Shown: one piece after another, positions 1 to 11,509 of the stretch | Layout of the letters: each line of letters opens with the position of its first letter | How positions within the stretch are numbered: the stretch's first letter is position 1 | Assembly: GCA_964016885.1 (NCBI GenBank) | Contig: OZ024741.1 | Location: 246,450,001 to 246,514,000, forward strand | Length of the DNA: 64,000 nt | Direction: 5' to 3' | Source: Eledone cirrhosa | Lineage: Eukaryota | The notes under the pieces: model-generated | What the model was told of the DNA's origin: nothing | What the model saw: only the letters and a program-made list of their open reading frames with translations | Databases searched by the model: none | Position numbers and translations under genes: made by a program

Positions 1-66
1 TAGAAATTACCTCTACTTGGACGGCTGGAAAATATGTCTCCTTGGACGGCTGGATATTATCTCCCC

Positions 67-91
67 TTGGACGGCTGGAAATTATCTCCCC
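67..91 (+). repeat. Example canonical type A monomer TTGGACGGCTGGAAATTATCTCCCC (25 bp)
   Basis: Read directly; repeated immediately at 92-116 and throughout the window. Confidence 0.98.
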
Positions 92-217
92 TTGGACGGC
101 TGGAAATTATCTCCCCTTGGACGCTGGAAATTATAGCCCCTTGGAGGGCTGGAAATTATCTACCCTTGGACGGCTGGAAATTATCTCCCCTTGATTTTTT
201 TTACAAATTATCTCCCC

Positions 218-245
218 CTGATTTTTTTTTACAAATTATCTCCCC
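218..245 (+). repeat. Example canonical type B monomer CTGATTTTTTTTTACAAATTATCTCCCC (28 bp, T9)
   Basis: Read directly; T-tract length varies from 7 to 11 between copies. Confidence 0.98.
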
Positions 246-894
246 CTGATTTTTTTTTACAACTTATCTGCGCCTGATTTTTTAAAAAAAATTATCTCCC
301 CTTGGACGGCTGGAAATTATCTCCCCTTGGACGGCTGGAAATTATCTCTCCTTGGACGGCTAGAATTTACCTCTCCTTGGACGGCTGAAAATTATCTCCC
401 CTTGGACGGCTGGAAATTATCTCCCCTTGATTTTTTTTACAAATTATCTCCCCCTGATTTTTTTTTACAAATTATCTCCCCCTGATTTTTTTTTACAAAT
501 TATCTCCCCCTGATTTTTTTTTACAAATTATCTCCCCCTGATTTTTTTTACAAATTATCTCCCCCTGATTTTTTTACAAATTATCTCCCCTTGGCTGGCT
601 GGAAATTATCTCCCCTTGGAGGCTGGAACTTATCTCCCCTTGGACGGCTAGAAATTACCTCTCCTTGGACGGCTGAAAATTATCTCCCCTTGGACGGCTG
701 GAAATTATCTCCCCTTGATTTTTTTACAAATTATCTCCCCCTGATTTTTTTTTACAAATTATCTCCCCCTGATTTTTTTTTACAAATTATCTACCCCTGA
801 TTTTTTTTTACAAATTATCTCCCCCTGATTTTTTTTTACAAATTATCTATCCCTGATTTTTTTTACAAATTATCTCCCCCCGATTTTTTTTAGA

Positions 895-2420
895 AATTAT
901 CTCCCCGATTTTTTTTTTACAAATTATCTCCCCCTGATTTTTTTACAAATTATCTCCCCCTGATTTTTTTTACAAATTATCTCCGCCGGATTTTTTTAAA
1001 TATTATCTTCCCTTGGCTGGCGGGAAATTATCTCCCCTTGGACGGCTGAAAATTATCTCCCCTTGGACGGCTGGAAATTATCTCCCCTTGATTTTTTTTA
1101 CAAATTATCTCCCCCTGATTTTTTTTTACAAATTATCTCCCCCTGATTTTTTTACAAATTATCTCCCCTTGGCTGGCTGGAAATTACCTCCCCTTGTAGG
1201 CTGGAATTTATCTCCCCTTGGACGGCTAGAAATTACCTCTCCTTGGACGGCTGGAAAATATGTCTCCTTGGACGGCTGGATATTATCTCCCCTTGGATGG
1301 CTGGAAATTATCTCCCCTTGGACGGCTGGAAATTATCTCCCCTTGATTTTTTTTACAAATTATCTCCCCCTGATTTTTTTTACAAATCTCCCAATGATTT
1401 TTTAAAAAAAATTATCTCCCCTTCGCTGGCTGGAAATTATCTCCCCTTGGACGCTGGAAATTATAGCCCCTTGGAGGGCTGGAAATTATCTTCCCTTGGA
1501 CGGCTGGAAATTATCTCCCCTTGATTTTTTTTACAAATTATCTCCCCCTGATTTTTTTTTACAAATTATCTCCCCCTGATTTTTTTTTACAAATTATCTC
1601 CCCCTGATTTTTTTTTACAAATTATCTACCCCTGATTTTTTTTTACAAATTATCTCCCCCTGATTTTTTTTTACAAATTATCTACCCCTGATTTTTTTTA
1701 CAAATTATCTCCCCGATTTTTTTTTTACAAATTATCTCCCCCTGATTTTTTTACAAATTATCTCCCCCTGATTTTTTTTACAAATTATCTCCGCCGGATT
1801 TTTTTAAATATTATCTTCCCTTGGCTGGCGGGAAATTATCTCCCCTTGGACGGCTGAAAATTATCTCCCCTTGGACGGCTGGAAATTATCTCCCCTTGAT
1901 TTTTTTTACAAATTATCTCCCCCTGATTTTTTTTTACAAATTATCTCCCCCTGATTTTTTTACAAATTATCTCCCCTTGGCTGGCTGGAAATTACCTCCC
2001 CTTGTAGGCTGGAATTTATCTCCCCTTGGACGGCTAGAAATTACCTCTCCTTGGACGGCTGGAAAATATGTCTCCTTGGACGGCTGGATATTATCTCCCC
2101 TTGGATGGCTGGAAATTATCTCCCCTTGGACGGCTGGAAATTATCTCCCCTTGATTTTTTTTACAAATTATCTCCCCCTGATTTTTTTTACAAATCTCCC
2201 AATGATTTTTTAAAAAAAATTATCTCCCCTTCGCTGGCTGGAAATTATCTCCCCTTGGACGCTGGAAATTATAGCCCCTTGGAGGGCTGGAAATTATCTT
2301 CCCTTGGACGGCTGGAAATTATCTCCCCTTGATTTTTTTTACAAATTATCTCCCCCTGATTTTTTTTTACAAATTATCTCCCCCTGATTTTTTTTTACAA
2401 ATTATCTCCCCCTGATTTTT
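895..2420 (+). repeat. Higher-order duplication, offset 808 bp (about 895-1612 and 1703-2420)
   Basis: Identical ORF translations at 1013/1821 and 1243/2051; rare CTCCCCGATT variant at 901 and 1709. Confidence 0.9.
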
Positions 2421-5400
2421 TATTTACAAATTATCTCCGCCTGATTTTTTTTTAAAAATTACCTCCCCTTGGACGGCTGGAAATTATCTCCCCTTGGACG
2501 GCTGGAAATTATCTCCCCTTGGACGGCTAGAAATTATCTCTCCTTGGACGGCTGAAAATTATCTCCCCTTGGACGGCTGCAAATTATCTCCCCTTGATTT
2601 TTTTTACAAATTATCTCCCCCTGATTTTTTTTACAAATTATCTCCCCCTGATTTTTTTTACAAATTATCTACCCCTGATTTTTTTTACAAATTATCTCCC
2701 CCTGATTTTTTTTTACAAATTATCTCCCCCTGATTTTTTTTTACAAATTATCTCCCCCTGATTTTTTTTTTACAAATTATCTCCCCCTGATTTTTTTACA
2801 AAGTATCTCCCTCTGATTTTTTTTACAATCTCCGCCTGATTTTTTTAAAAATTATCTTCCCTTGGCTGGCGGGAAATTATCTCCACTTGGACGGCTGGAA
2901 ATTATCTCCCCTTGGAAGGATGGAAATTATCTCCCCTTGGACGGCTGGAAATTATCTCCCCTTGCACGGCTGGAAATTATCTCCCCTTGGACGGCTAGAA
3001 ATTATCTCTCTTTGGACGGCTGGAAATTATCTCCCTTTGATTTTTTTTACAAATTATCTCCCTCTGATTTTTTTTACAAATCTCCCCCTGATTTTTTTAA
3101 AAAAATTATCTCCCCTTCGCTGGCTGGAAATTATCTCCCCTTGATTTTTTTTACAAATTATCTCCCCCTGATTTTTTTTTACAAATTATCTCCCCCTGAT
3201 TTTTTTTACAAAGTATCTCCCTCTGATTTTTTTTACAATCTCCGCCTGATTTTTTTTAAAATTATCTTCCCTTGGCTGGCGGGAAATTATCTCCACTTGG
3301 ACGGCTGGAAATTATCTCCCCTTGGAAGGATGGAAATTATCTCCCCTTGGACGGCTGGAAATTATCTCCCCTTGCACGGCTGGAAATTATCTCCCCTTGG
3401 ACGGCTAGAAATTATCTCTCTTTGGACGGCTGGAAATTATCACCCCTTGAGTTTTTTACAAATTATCTCCCCCTGATTTTTTTTACAAATCTCCCAGTGA
3501 TTTTTAAAAAAAAATTATCTTCCCTTCGCTGGCTGGAAATTATCTCCCCTTGGACGCTGGAAATTATAGCCCCTTGGAGGGCTGGAAATTATCTTCCCTT
3601 GGACGGCTGGAAATTATCTCCCCTTGATTTTTTTTACAAATTATCTCCCCCTGATTTTTTTTTACAAATTATCTCCCCCTGATTTTTTTTTACAACTTAT
3701 CTGCGCCTGATTTTTTTAAAAAAATTATCTCCCCTTGGACGGCTGGAAATTATCTCCCCTTGGACGGCTGGAAATTATCTCTCCTTGGACGGCTAGAATT
3801 TACCTCTCCTTGGACGGCTGAAAATTATCTCCCCTTGGACGGCTGGAAATTATCTCCACTTGATTTTCTTTACAAATTATCTCCCCCTGATTTTTTTTTA
3901 CAAATTATCTCCCCCTGATTTTTTTTTACAAATTATCTCCCCCTGATTTTTTTTTACAAATTATCTCCCCCTGATTTTTTTTACAAATTATCTCCCCCTG
4001 ATTTTTTTTACAAATTATCTCCCCTTGGCTGGCTGGAAATTATCTCCCCTTGGAGGCTGGAACTTATCTCCCCTTGGACGGCTAGAAATTACCTCTCCTT
4101 GGACGGCTGGAAAATATGTCTCCTTGGACGGCTGGATATTATCTCACCTTGGACGGCTAGAAATTATCTCCCCTTGGACGGCAGGAAATTATCTTCCCTT
4201 GGATGGCTAGATATTACCTCCCCTTGGACGGCTGGAAATTATCTCCCCTTGATTTTTTTTACAAATTATCTGCCCCTGATTTTTTTTTACAAATTATCTC
4301 CCCCTGATTTTTTTTTACAAATTATCTCCCCCTGACTTTTGTTTACAAATTATCTCCGCCTGATTTTTTTTTAAAAATTATCTCCCCTTGGACGGCTGGA
4401 AATTATCTCCCCTTGGACGGCTAGAAATTACCTCTCCTTGGACGGCTGAAAATTATCTCCCCTTGGACGGCTGGAAATTATCTCCCCTTCATTTTTTTAC
4501 AAATTATCTCCCCCTGATTTTTTTTTACAAATTATCTCCCCCTGATCTTTTTTACAAATTATCTCCGCCTGATTTTTTTAAATATTATCTTCCCTTGGCT
4601 GGCGGGAAATTATCTCCCCTTGGACGGCTGGAAATTATCTGCCCTTGATTTTCTTTTTACAAATTATCTTCCACTGATTTTTTTTACAAATTATCTCCAC
4701 CTGATTTTTTAAAAAATTATCTCCCCTTGGAAGGCTGGAAATTATCTCCCCTTGGACGGCTGGAAATTATCTCCCCTTGGACGGCTAGAAATTATCTCTC
4801 CTTGGACGGCTGAAAATTATCTCCCCTTGGACGGCTGCAAATTATCTCCCCTTGATTTTTTTTACAAATTATCTCCCCCTGATTTTTTTTACAAATTATC
4901 TCCCCCTGATTTTTTTAAATATTATCTTCCCTTGGCTGGCGGGAAATTATCTCCCCTTGGACGGCTGAAAATTATCTCCCCTTGGACGGCTGGAAATTAT
5001 CTCCCCTTGATTTTTTTTACAAATTATCTCCCCCTGATTTTTTTTTACAAATTATCTCCCCCTGATTTTTTTACAAATTATCTCCCCTTGGCTGGCTGGA
5101 AATTACCTCCCCTTGTAGGCTGGAATTTATCTCCCCTTGGACGGCTAGAAATTACCTCTCCTTGGACGGCTGGAAAATATGTCTCCTTGGACGGCTGGAT
5201 ATTATCTCCCCTTGGATGGCTGGAAATTATCTCCCCTTGGACGGCTGGAAATTATCTCCCCTTGATTTTTTTTACAAATTATCTCCCCCTGATTTTTTTT
5301 ACAAATCTCCCAATGATTTTTAAAAAAAAATTATCTCCCCTTCGCTGGCTGGAAATTATCTCCCCTTGGACGCTGGAAATTATAGCCCCTTGGAGGGCTG

Positions 5401-8100
5401 GAAATTATCTTCCCTTGGACGGCTGGAAATTATCTCCCCTTGATTTTTTTTACAAATTATCTCCCCCTGATTTTTTTTTACAAATTATCTCCCCCTGATT
5501 TTTTTTTACAAATTATCTCCCCCTGATTTTTTATTTACAAATTATCTCCGCCTGATTTTTTTTTAAAAATTACCTCCCCTTGGACGGCTGGAAATTATCT
5601 CCCCTTGGACGGCTGGAAATTATCTCCCCTTGGACGGCTAGAAATTATCTCTCCTTGGACGGCTGAAAATTATCTCCCCTTGGACGGCTGCAAATTATCT
5701 CCCCTTGATTTTTTTTACAAATTATCTCCCCCTGATTTTTTTTACAAATTATCTCCCCCTGATTTTTTTTACAAATTATCTACCCCTGATTTTTTTTACA
5801 AATTATCTCCCCCTGATTTTTTTTTACAAATTATCTCCCCCTGATTTTTTTTTACAAATTATCTCCCCCTGATTTTTTTTTTACAAATTATCTCCCCCTG
5901 ATTTTTTTACAAAGTATCTCCCTCTGATTTTTTTTACAATCTCCGCCTGATTTTTTTAAAAATTATCTTCCCTTGGCTGGCGGGAAATTATCTCCACTTG
6001 GACGGCTGGAAATTATCTCCCCTTGGAAGGATGGAAATTATCTCCCCTTGGACGGCTGGAAATTATCTCCCCTTGCACGGCTGGAAATTATCTCCCCTTG
6101 GACGGCTAGAAATTATCTCTCTTTGGACGGCTGGAAATTATCTCCCTTTGATTTTTTTTACAAATTATCTCCCTCTGATTTTTTTTACAAATCTCCCCCT
6201 GATTTTTTTAAAAAAATTATCTCCCCTTCGCTGGCTGGAAATTATCTCCCCTTGATTTTTTTTACAAATTATCTCCCCCTGATTTTTTTTTACAAATTAT
6301 CTCCCCCTGATTTTTTTTACAAATTATCTCCCCCTGATTTTTTTTTACAAATTATCTCCCCCTGATTTTTTTTACAAATTATCTCCGCCTGATTTTTTAA
6401 AATATTATCTTCCCTTGGCTGGCGGGAAATTATCTCCCCTTGGACGGCTGGAAATTATCTGCCCTTGATTTTCTTTTTACAAATTAACTTCCACTGATTT
6501 TTTTTACAAATTATCTCCACCTGATTTTTTTAAAAATTATCTCCCCTTGGAAGGCTGGAAATTATCTCCCCTTGGCTGGAAATTATCTCCCCTTGGACGG
6601 CTAGAAATTATCTCTCTTTGGACGGCTGGAAATTATCACCCCTTGAGTTTTTTACAAATTATCTCCCCCTGATTTTTTTTACAAATCTCCCAGTGATTTT
6701 TAAAAAAAAATTATCTTCCCTTCGCTGGCTGGAAATTATCTCCCCTTGGACGCTGGAAATTATAGCCCCTTGGAGGGCTGGAAATTATCTTCCCTTGGAC
6801 GGCTGGAAATTATCTCCCCTTGATTTTTTTTACAAATTATCTCCCCCTGATTTTTTTTTACAAATTATCTCCCCCTGATTTTTTTTTACAACTTATCTGC
6901 GCCTGATTTTTTTAAAAAAATTATCTCCCCTTGGACGGCTGGAAATTATCTCCCCTTGGACGGCTGGAAATTATCTCTCCTTGGACGGCTAGAATTTACC
7001 TCTCCTTGGACGGCTGAAAATTATCTCCCCTTGGACGGCTGGAAATTATCTCCCCTTGATTTATTTTTACAAATTATCTCCCCCTGATTTTTTTTTACAA
7101 ATTATCTCCCCCTGATTTTTTTTTACAAATTATCTCCCCCTGATTTTTTTTTACAAATTATCTCCCCCTGATTTTTTTTACAAATTATCTCCCCCTGATT
7201 TTTTTACAAATTATCTCCCCTTGGCTGGCTGGAAATTATCTCCCCTTGGAGGCTGGAACTTATCTCCCCTTGGACGGCTAGAAATTACCTCTCCTTGGAC
7301 GGCTGGAAATATGTCTCCTTGGACGGCTGGATATTATCTCACCTTGGACGGCTAGAAATTATCTCCCCTTGGACGGCAGGAAATTATCTCCCCTTGGATG
7401 GCTAGATATTACCTCCCCTTGGACGGCTGGAAATTATCTCCCCGTGATTTTTTTTACAAATTATCTGCCCCTGATTTTTTTTTACAAATTATCTCCCCCT
7501 GATTTTTTTTTACAAATTATCTCCCCCTGATTTTTGTTTACAAATTATCTCCGCCTGATTTTTTTTTAAAAATTATCTCCCCTTGGACGGCTGGAAATTA
7601 TCTCCCCTTGGACGGCTAGAAATTACCTCTCCTTGGACGGCTGAAAATTATCTCCCCTTGGACGGCTGGAAATTATCTCCCCTTCATTTTTTTACAAATT
7701 ATCTCCCCCTGATTTTTTTTTACAAATTATCTCCCCCTGATCTTTTTTACAAATTATCTCCGCCTGATTTTTTTAAATATTATCTTCCCTTGGCTGGCGG
7801 GAAATTATCTCCCCTTGGACGGCTGGAAATTATCTGCCCTTGATTTTCTTTTTACAAATTATCTTCCACTGATTTTTTTTACAAATTATCTCCACCTGAT
7901 TTTTTAAAAAATTATCTCCCCTTGGAAGGCTGGAAATTATCTCCCCTTGGACGGCTGGAAATTATCTCCCCTTGGACGGCTAGAAATTATCTCTCCTTGG
8001 ACGGCTGAAAATTATCTCCCCTTGGACGGCTGCAAATTATCTCCCCTTGATTTTTTTTACAAATTATCTCCCCCTGATTTTTTTTACAAATTATCTCCCC
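1800..8100 (+). repeat. Imperfect tandem higher-order repeat of about 3.1-3.2 kb (offset 3111, then 3195)
   Basis: ORF pairs 2494/5605 and 2862/5973 (3111); 4388/7583 and 4752/7947 (3195). Shared rare variants CCTTCATTTT and GATCTTTT occur at about 4490/4545 and 7685/7740. Confidence 0.85.
2770..3441 (+). repeat. Local duplication, offset 410 bp
   Basis: AAGTATCTCCCTCTGA at 2801 and 3211; ORF starts at 2862 and 3272; copies diverge at 3032/3442. Confidence 0.85.
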
Positions 8101-9464
8101 CTGATTTTTTTTACAAATTATCTACCCCTGATTTTTTTTACAAATTATCTCCCCCTGATTTTTTTTTACAAATTATCTCCCCCTGATTTTTTTTTACAAA
8201 TTATCTCCCCCTGATTTTTTTTTTACAAATTATCTCCCCCTGATTTTTTTACAAATTATCTCCCCCTGATTTTTTTTACAATCTCCGCCTGATTTTTTTA
8301 AAAATTATCTTCCCTTGGCTGGCGGGAAATTATCTCCCCTTGGACGGCTGGAAATTATCTCCCCTTGCACGGCTGGAAATTATCTCCCCTTGCACGGCTG
8401 GAAATTATCTCCCCTTGGCTGGAAATTATCTCCCCTTGGACGGCTAGAAATTATCTCTCTTTGGACGGCTGGAAATTATCTCCCTTTGATTTTTTTTACA
8501 AATTATCTCCCTCTGATTTTTTTTACAAATCTCCCCCTGATTTTTTAAAAAAAATTATCTCCCCTTCGCTGGCTGGAAATTATCTTCCTTGGACGGCTGG
8601 AAATTATCTCCCCTTGATTTTTTTTACAAATTATCTCCGCCTGATTTTTTTTAAAAATTATCTCTCCTTGGACGGCTGGAAATTATCTCCCCTTGATTTT
8701 TTTTACAAATAATCTCCCCCTGATTTTTTTTTACAAATTATCTACCCCTGATTTTTTTTTACAAATTATCTACCCCTGATTTTTTTTTACAAATTATCTC
8801 CCCCTGATTTTTTTTACAAATTATCTCCCCCTGATTTTTCTTTTACAAATTATCTCCCCCTGATTTTTTTACAAATTATCTCCCCCTGATTTTTTTTACA
8901 AATTGTCTCTGCCTGATTTTTTTAAATATTATCTTCCCTTGGCTGGCGGGAAATTACCTCCCCTTGGACGGCTGGAAATTATCTGTCCTTGATTTTCTTT
9001 TTACAAATTATCTTCCACTGATTTTTTTTACAAATTATCTCCACCTGATTTTTTAAAAAATTATCTCCCCTTGGAAGGCTGGAAATTATCTCCCCTTGGC
9101 TGGAAATTATCTCCCCTTGGACGGCTAGAAATTATCTCTCTTTGGACGGCTGGAAATTATCACCCCTTGAGTTTTTTACAAATTATCTCCCCCTGATTTT
9201 TTTTACAAATCTCCCAGTGATTTTTAAAAAAAAATTATCTCCCCTTCGCTGGCTGGAAATTATCTCCCCTTGGACGCTGGAAATTATAGCCCCTTGGAGG
9301 GCTGGAAATTATCTTCCCTTGGACGGCTGGAAATTATCTCCCCTTGATTTTTTTTACAAATTATCTCCCCCTGATTTTTTTTTACAAATTATCTCCCCCT
9401 GATTTTTTTTTACAACTTATCTGCGCCTGATTTTTTTAAAAAAATTATCTCCCCTTGGACGGCT

Positions 9465-10165
9465 GGAAATTATCTCTCCTTGGACGGCTAGAATTTACCT
9501 CTCCTTGGACGGCTGAAAATTATCTCCCCTTGGACGGCTGGAAATTATCTCCCCTTGATTTTTTTTACAAATTATCTCCCCCTGATTTTTTTTTACAAAT
9601 TATCTCCCCCTGATTTTTTTTTTACAAATTATCTCCCCCTGATTTTTTTTTACAAATTATCTCCCCCTGATTTTTTTTACAAATTATCTCCCCCCTGATT
9701 TTTTTACAAATTATCTCCCCTTGGCTGGCTGGAAATTATCTCCCCTTGGAGGCTGGAACTTATCTCCCCTTGGACGGCTAGAAATTACCTCTCCTTGGAC
9801 GGCTGGAAAATATGTCTCCTTGGACGGCTGGATATTATCTCCCCTTGGACGGCTGGAAATTATCTCCCCTTGGACGGCTAGAATTTACCTCTCCTTGGAC
9901 GGCTGAAAATTATCTCCCCTTGGACGGCTGGAAATTATCTCCCCTTGATTTTTTTTACAAATTATCTCCCCCTGATTTTTTTTTACAAATTATCTCCCCC
10001 TGATTTTTTTTTTACAAATTATCTCCCCCTGATTTTTTTTTACAAATTATCTCCCCCTGATTTTTTTTACAAATTATCTCCCCCCTGATTTTTTTACAAA
10101 TTATCTCCCCTTGGCTGGCTGGAAATTATCTCCCCTTGGAGGCTGGAACTTATCTCCCCTTGGAC
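9465..10165 (+). repeat. Local duplication, offset 390 bp
   Basis: ORF starts at 9721 and 10111; the same T-tract series and the C6 core variant occur near 9690 and 10080. Confidence 0.85.
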
Positions 10166-11509
10166 GGCTAGATATTACCTCCCCTTGGACGGCTGGAAAT
10201 TATCTCCCCTTGGACGGCTGGAAATTATCTCCCCTTGGATGGCTAGATATTACCTCCCCTTGGACGGCTGGAAATTATCTCCCCTTGATTTTGTTTACAA
10301 ATTATCTCCCCCTGATTTTTTTTTACAAATTATCTCCCCCTGATTTTTTTTTTACAAATTATCTCCCCCTGATTTTTGTTTACAAATTATCTCCGCCTGA
10401 TTTTTTTTTTAAAATTATCTCCCCTTGGACGGCTGGAAATTATCTCCCCTCGGACGGCTAGAAATTACCTCTCCTTGGACGGCTGAAAATTATCTCCCCT
10501 TGGACGGCTGGAAATTATCTCCCCTTGATTTTTTTACAAATTATCTCCCCCTGATTTTTTTTTTACAAATTATCTCCCCCTGATTTTTTTTTAGAAATTA
10601 TCTACCCCTGATTTTTTTTTACAAATTATCTCCCCCTGATTTTTTTTTACAAATTATCTACCCCTGATTTTTTTTACAAATTATCTCCCCCTGATTTTTT
10701 TTACAAATTATCTCCCCCTGATTTTTTTTTTACAAATTATCTCCCCCTGATTTTTTTACAAATTATCTCCCCCTGATTTTTTTTACAAATTATCTCCGCC
10801 GGATTTTTTTAAATATTATCTTCCCTTGGCTTGCGGGAAATTATCTCCCCTTGGACGGCTGAAAATTATCTCCCCTTGGACGGCTGGAAATTATCTCCCC
10901 TTGATTTTTTTTACAAATTATCTCCCCCTGATTTTTTTTTACAAATTATCTTCCCCTGATTTTTTTTACAAATTATCTCCCCCTGATTTTTTTTTACAAA
11001 TTATCTCCCCCTGATTTTTTTTACAAATTATCTCCCCCTGATTTTTTTTAAAAATTATCTCCCCCTGATTTTTTTTTACAAATTATCTCCCCCTGATTTT
11101 TTTACAAATTATCTCCCCCTGATTTTTTTTACAAATTATCTCCGCCTGATTTTTTAAAATATTATCTCCCCTTGGACGGCTGGAAATTATCTGCCCTTGA
11201 TTTTCTTTTTACAAATTAACTTCCACTGATTTTTTTTACAAATTATCTCCACCTGATTTTTTTAAAAATTATCTCCCCTTGGAAGGCTGGAAATTATCTC
11301 CCCTTGGCTGGAAATTATCTCCCCTTGGACGGCTAGAAATTATCTCTCTTTGGACGGCTGGAAATTATCACCCCTTGAGTTTTTTACAAATTATCTCCCC
11401 CTGATTTTTTTTACAAATCTCCCAGTGATTTTTAAAAAAAAATTATCTTCCCTTCGCTGGCTGGAAATTATCTCCCCTTGGACGCTGGAAATTATAGCCC
11501 CTTGATTTT

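Noticed and set aside
191-300. T tracts as intrinsic or Pol III terminators; TnAm as hairpins
   Set aside because: No GC-rich stem precedes the T tracts and no transcription unit is evident. The TnAm palindromes are short and AT-only.
1016-1023. GCTGGCGG resembles the E. coli Chi site GCTGGTGG
   Set aside because: It has one mismatch, arises as a variant of the A arm, and nothing suggests an enterobacterial context.
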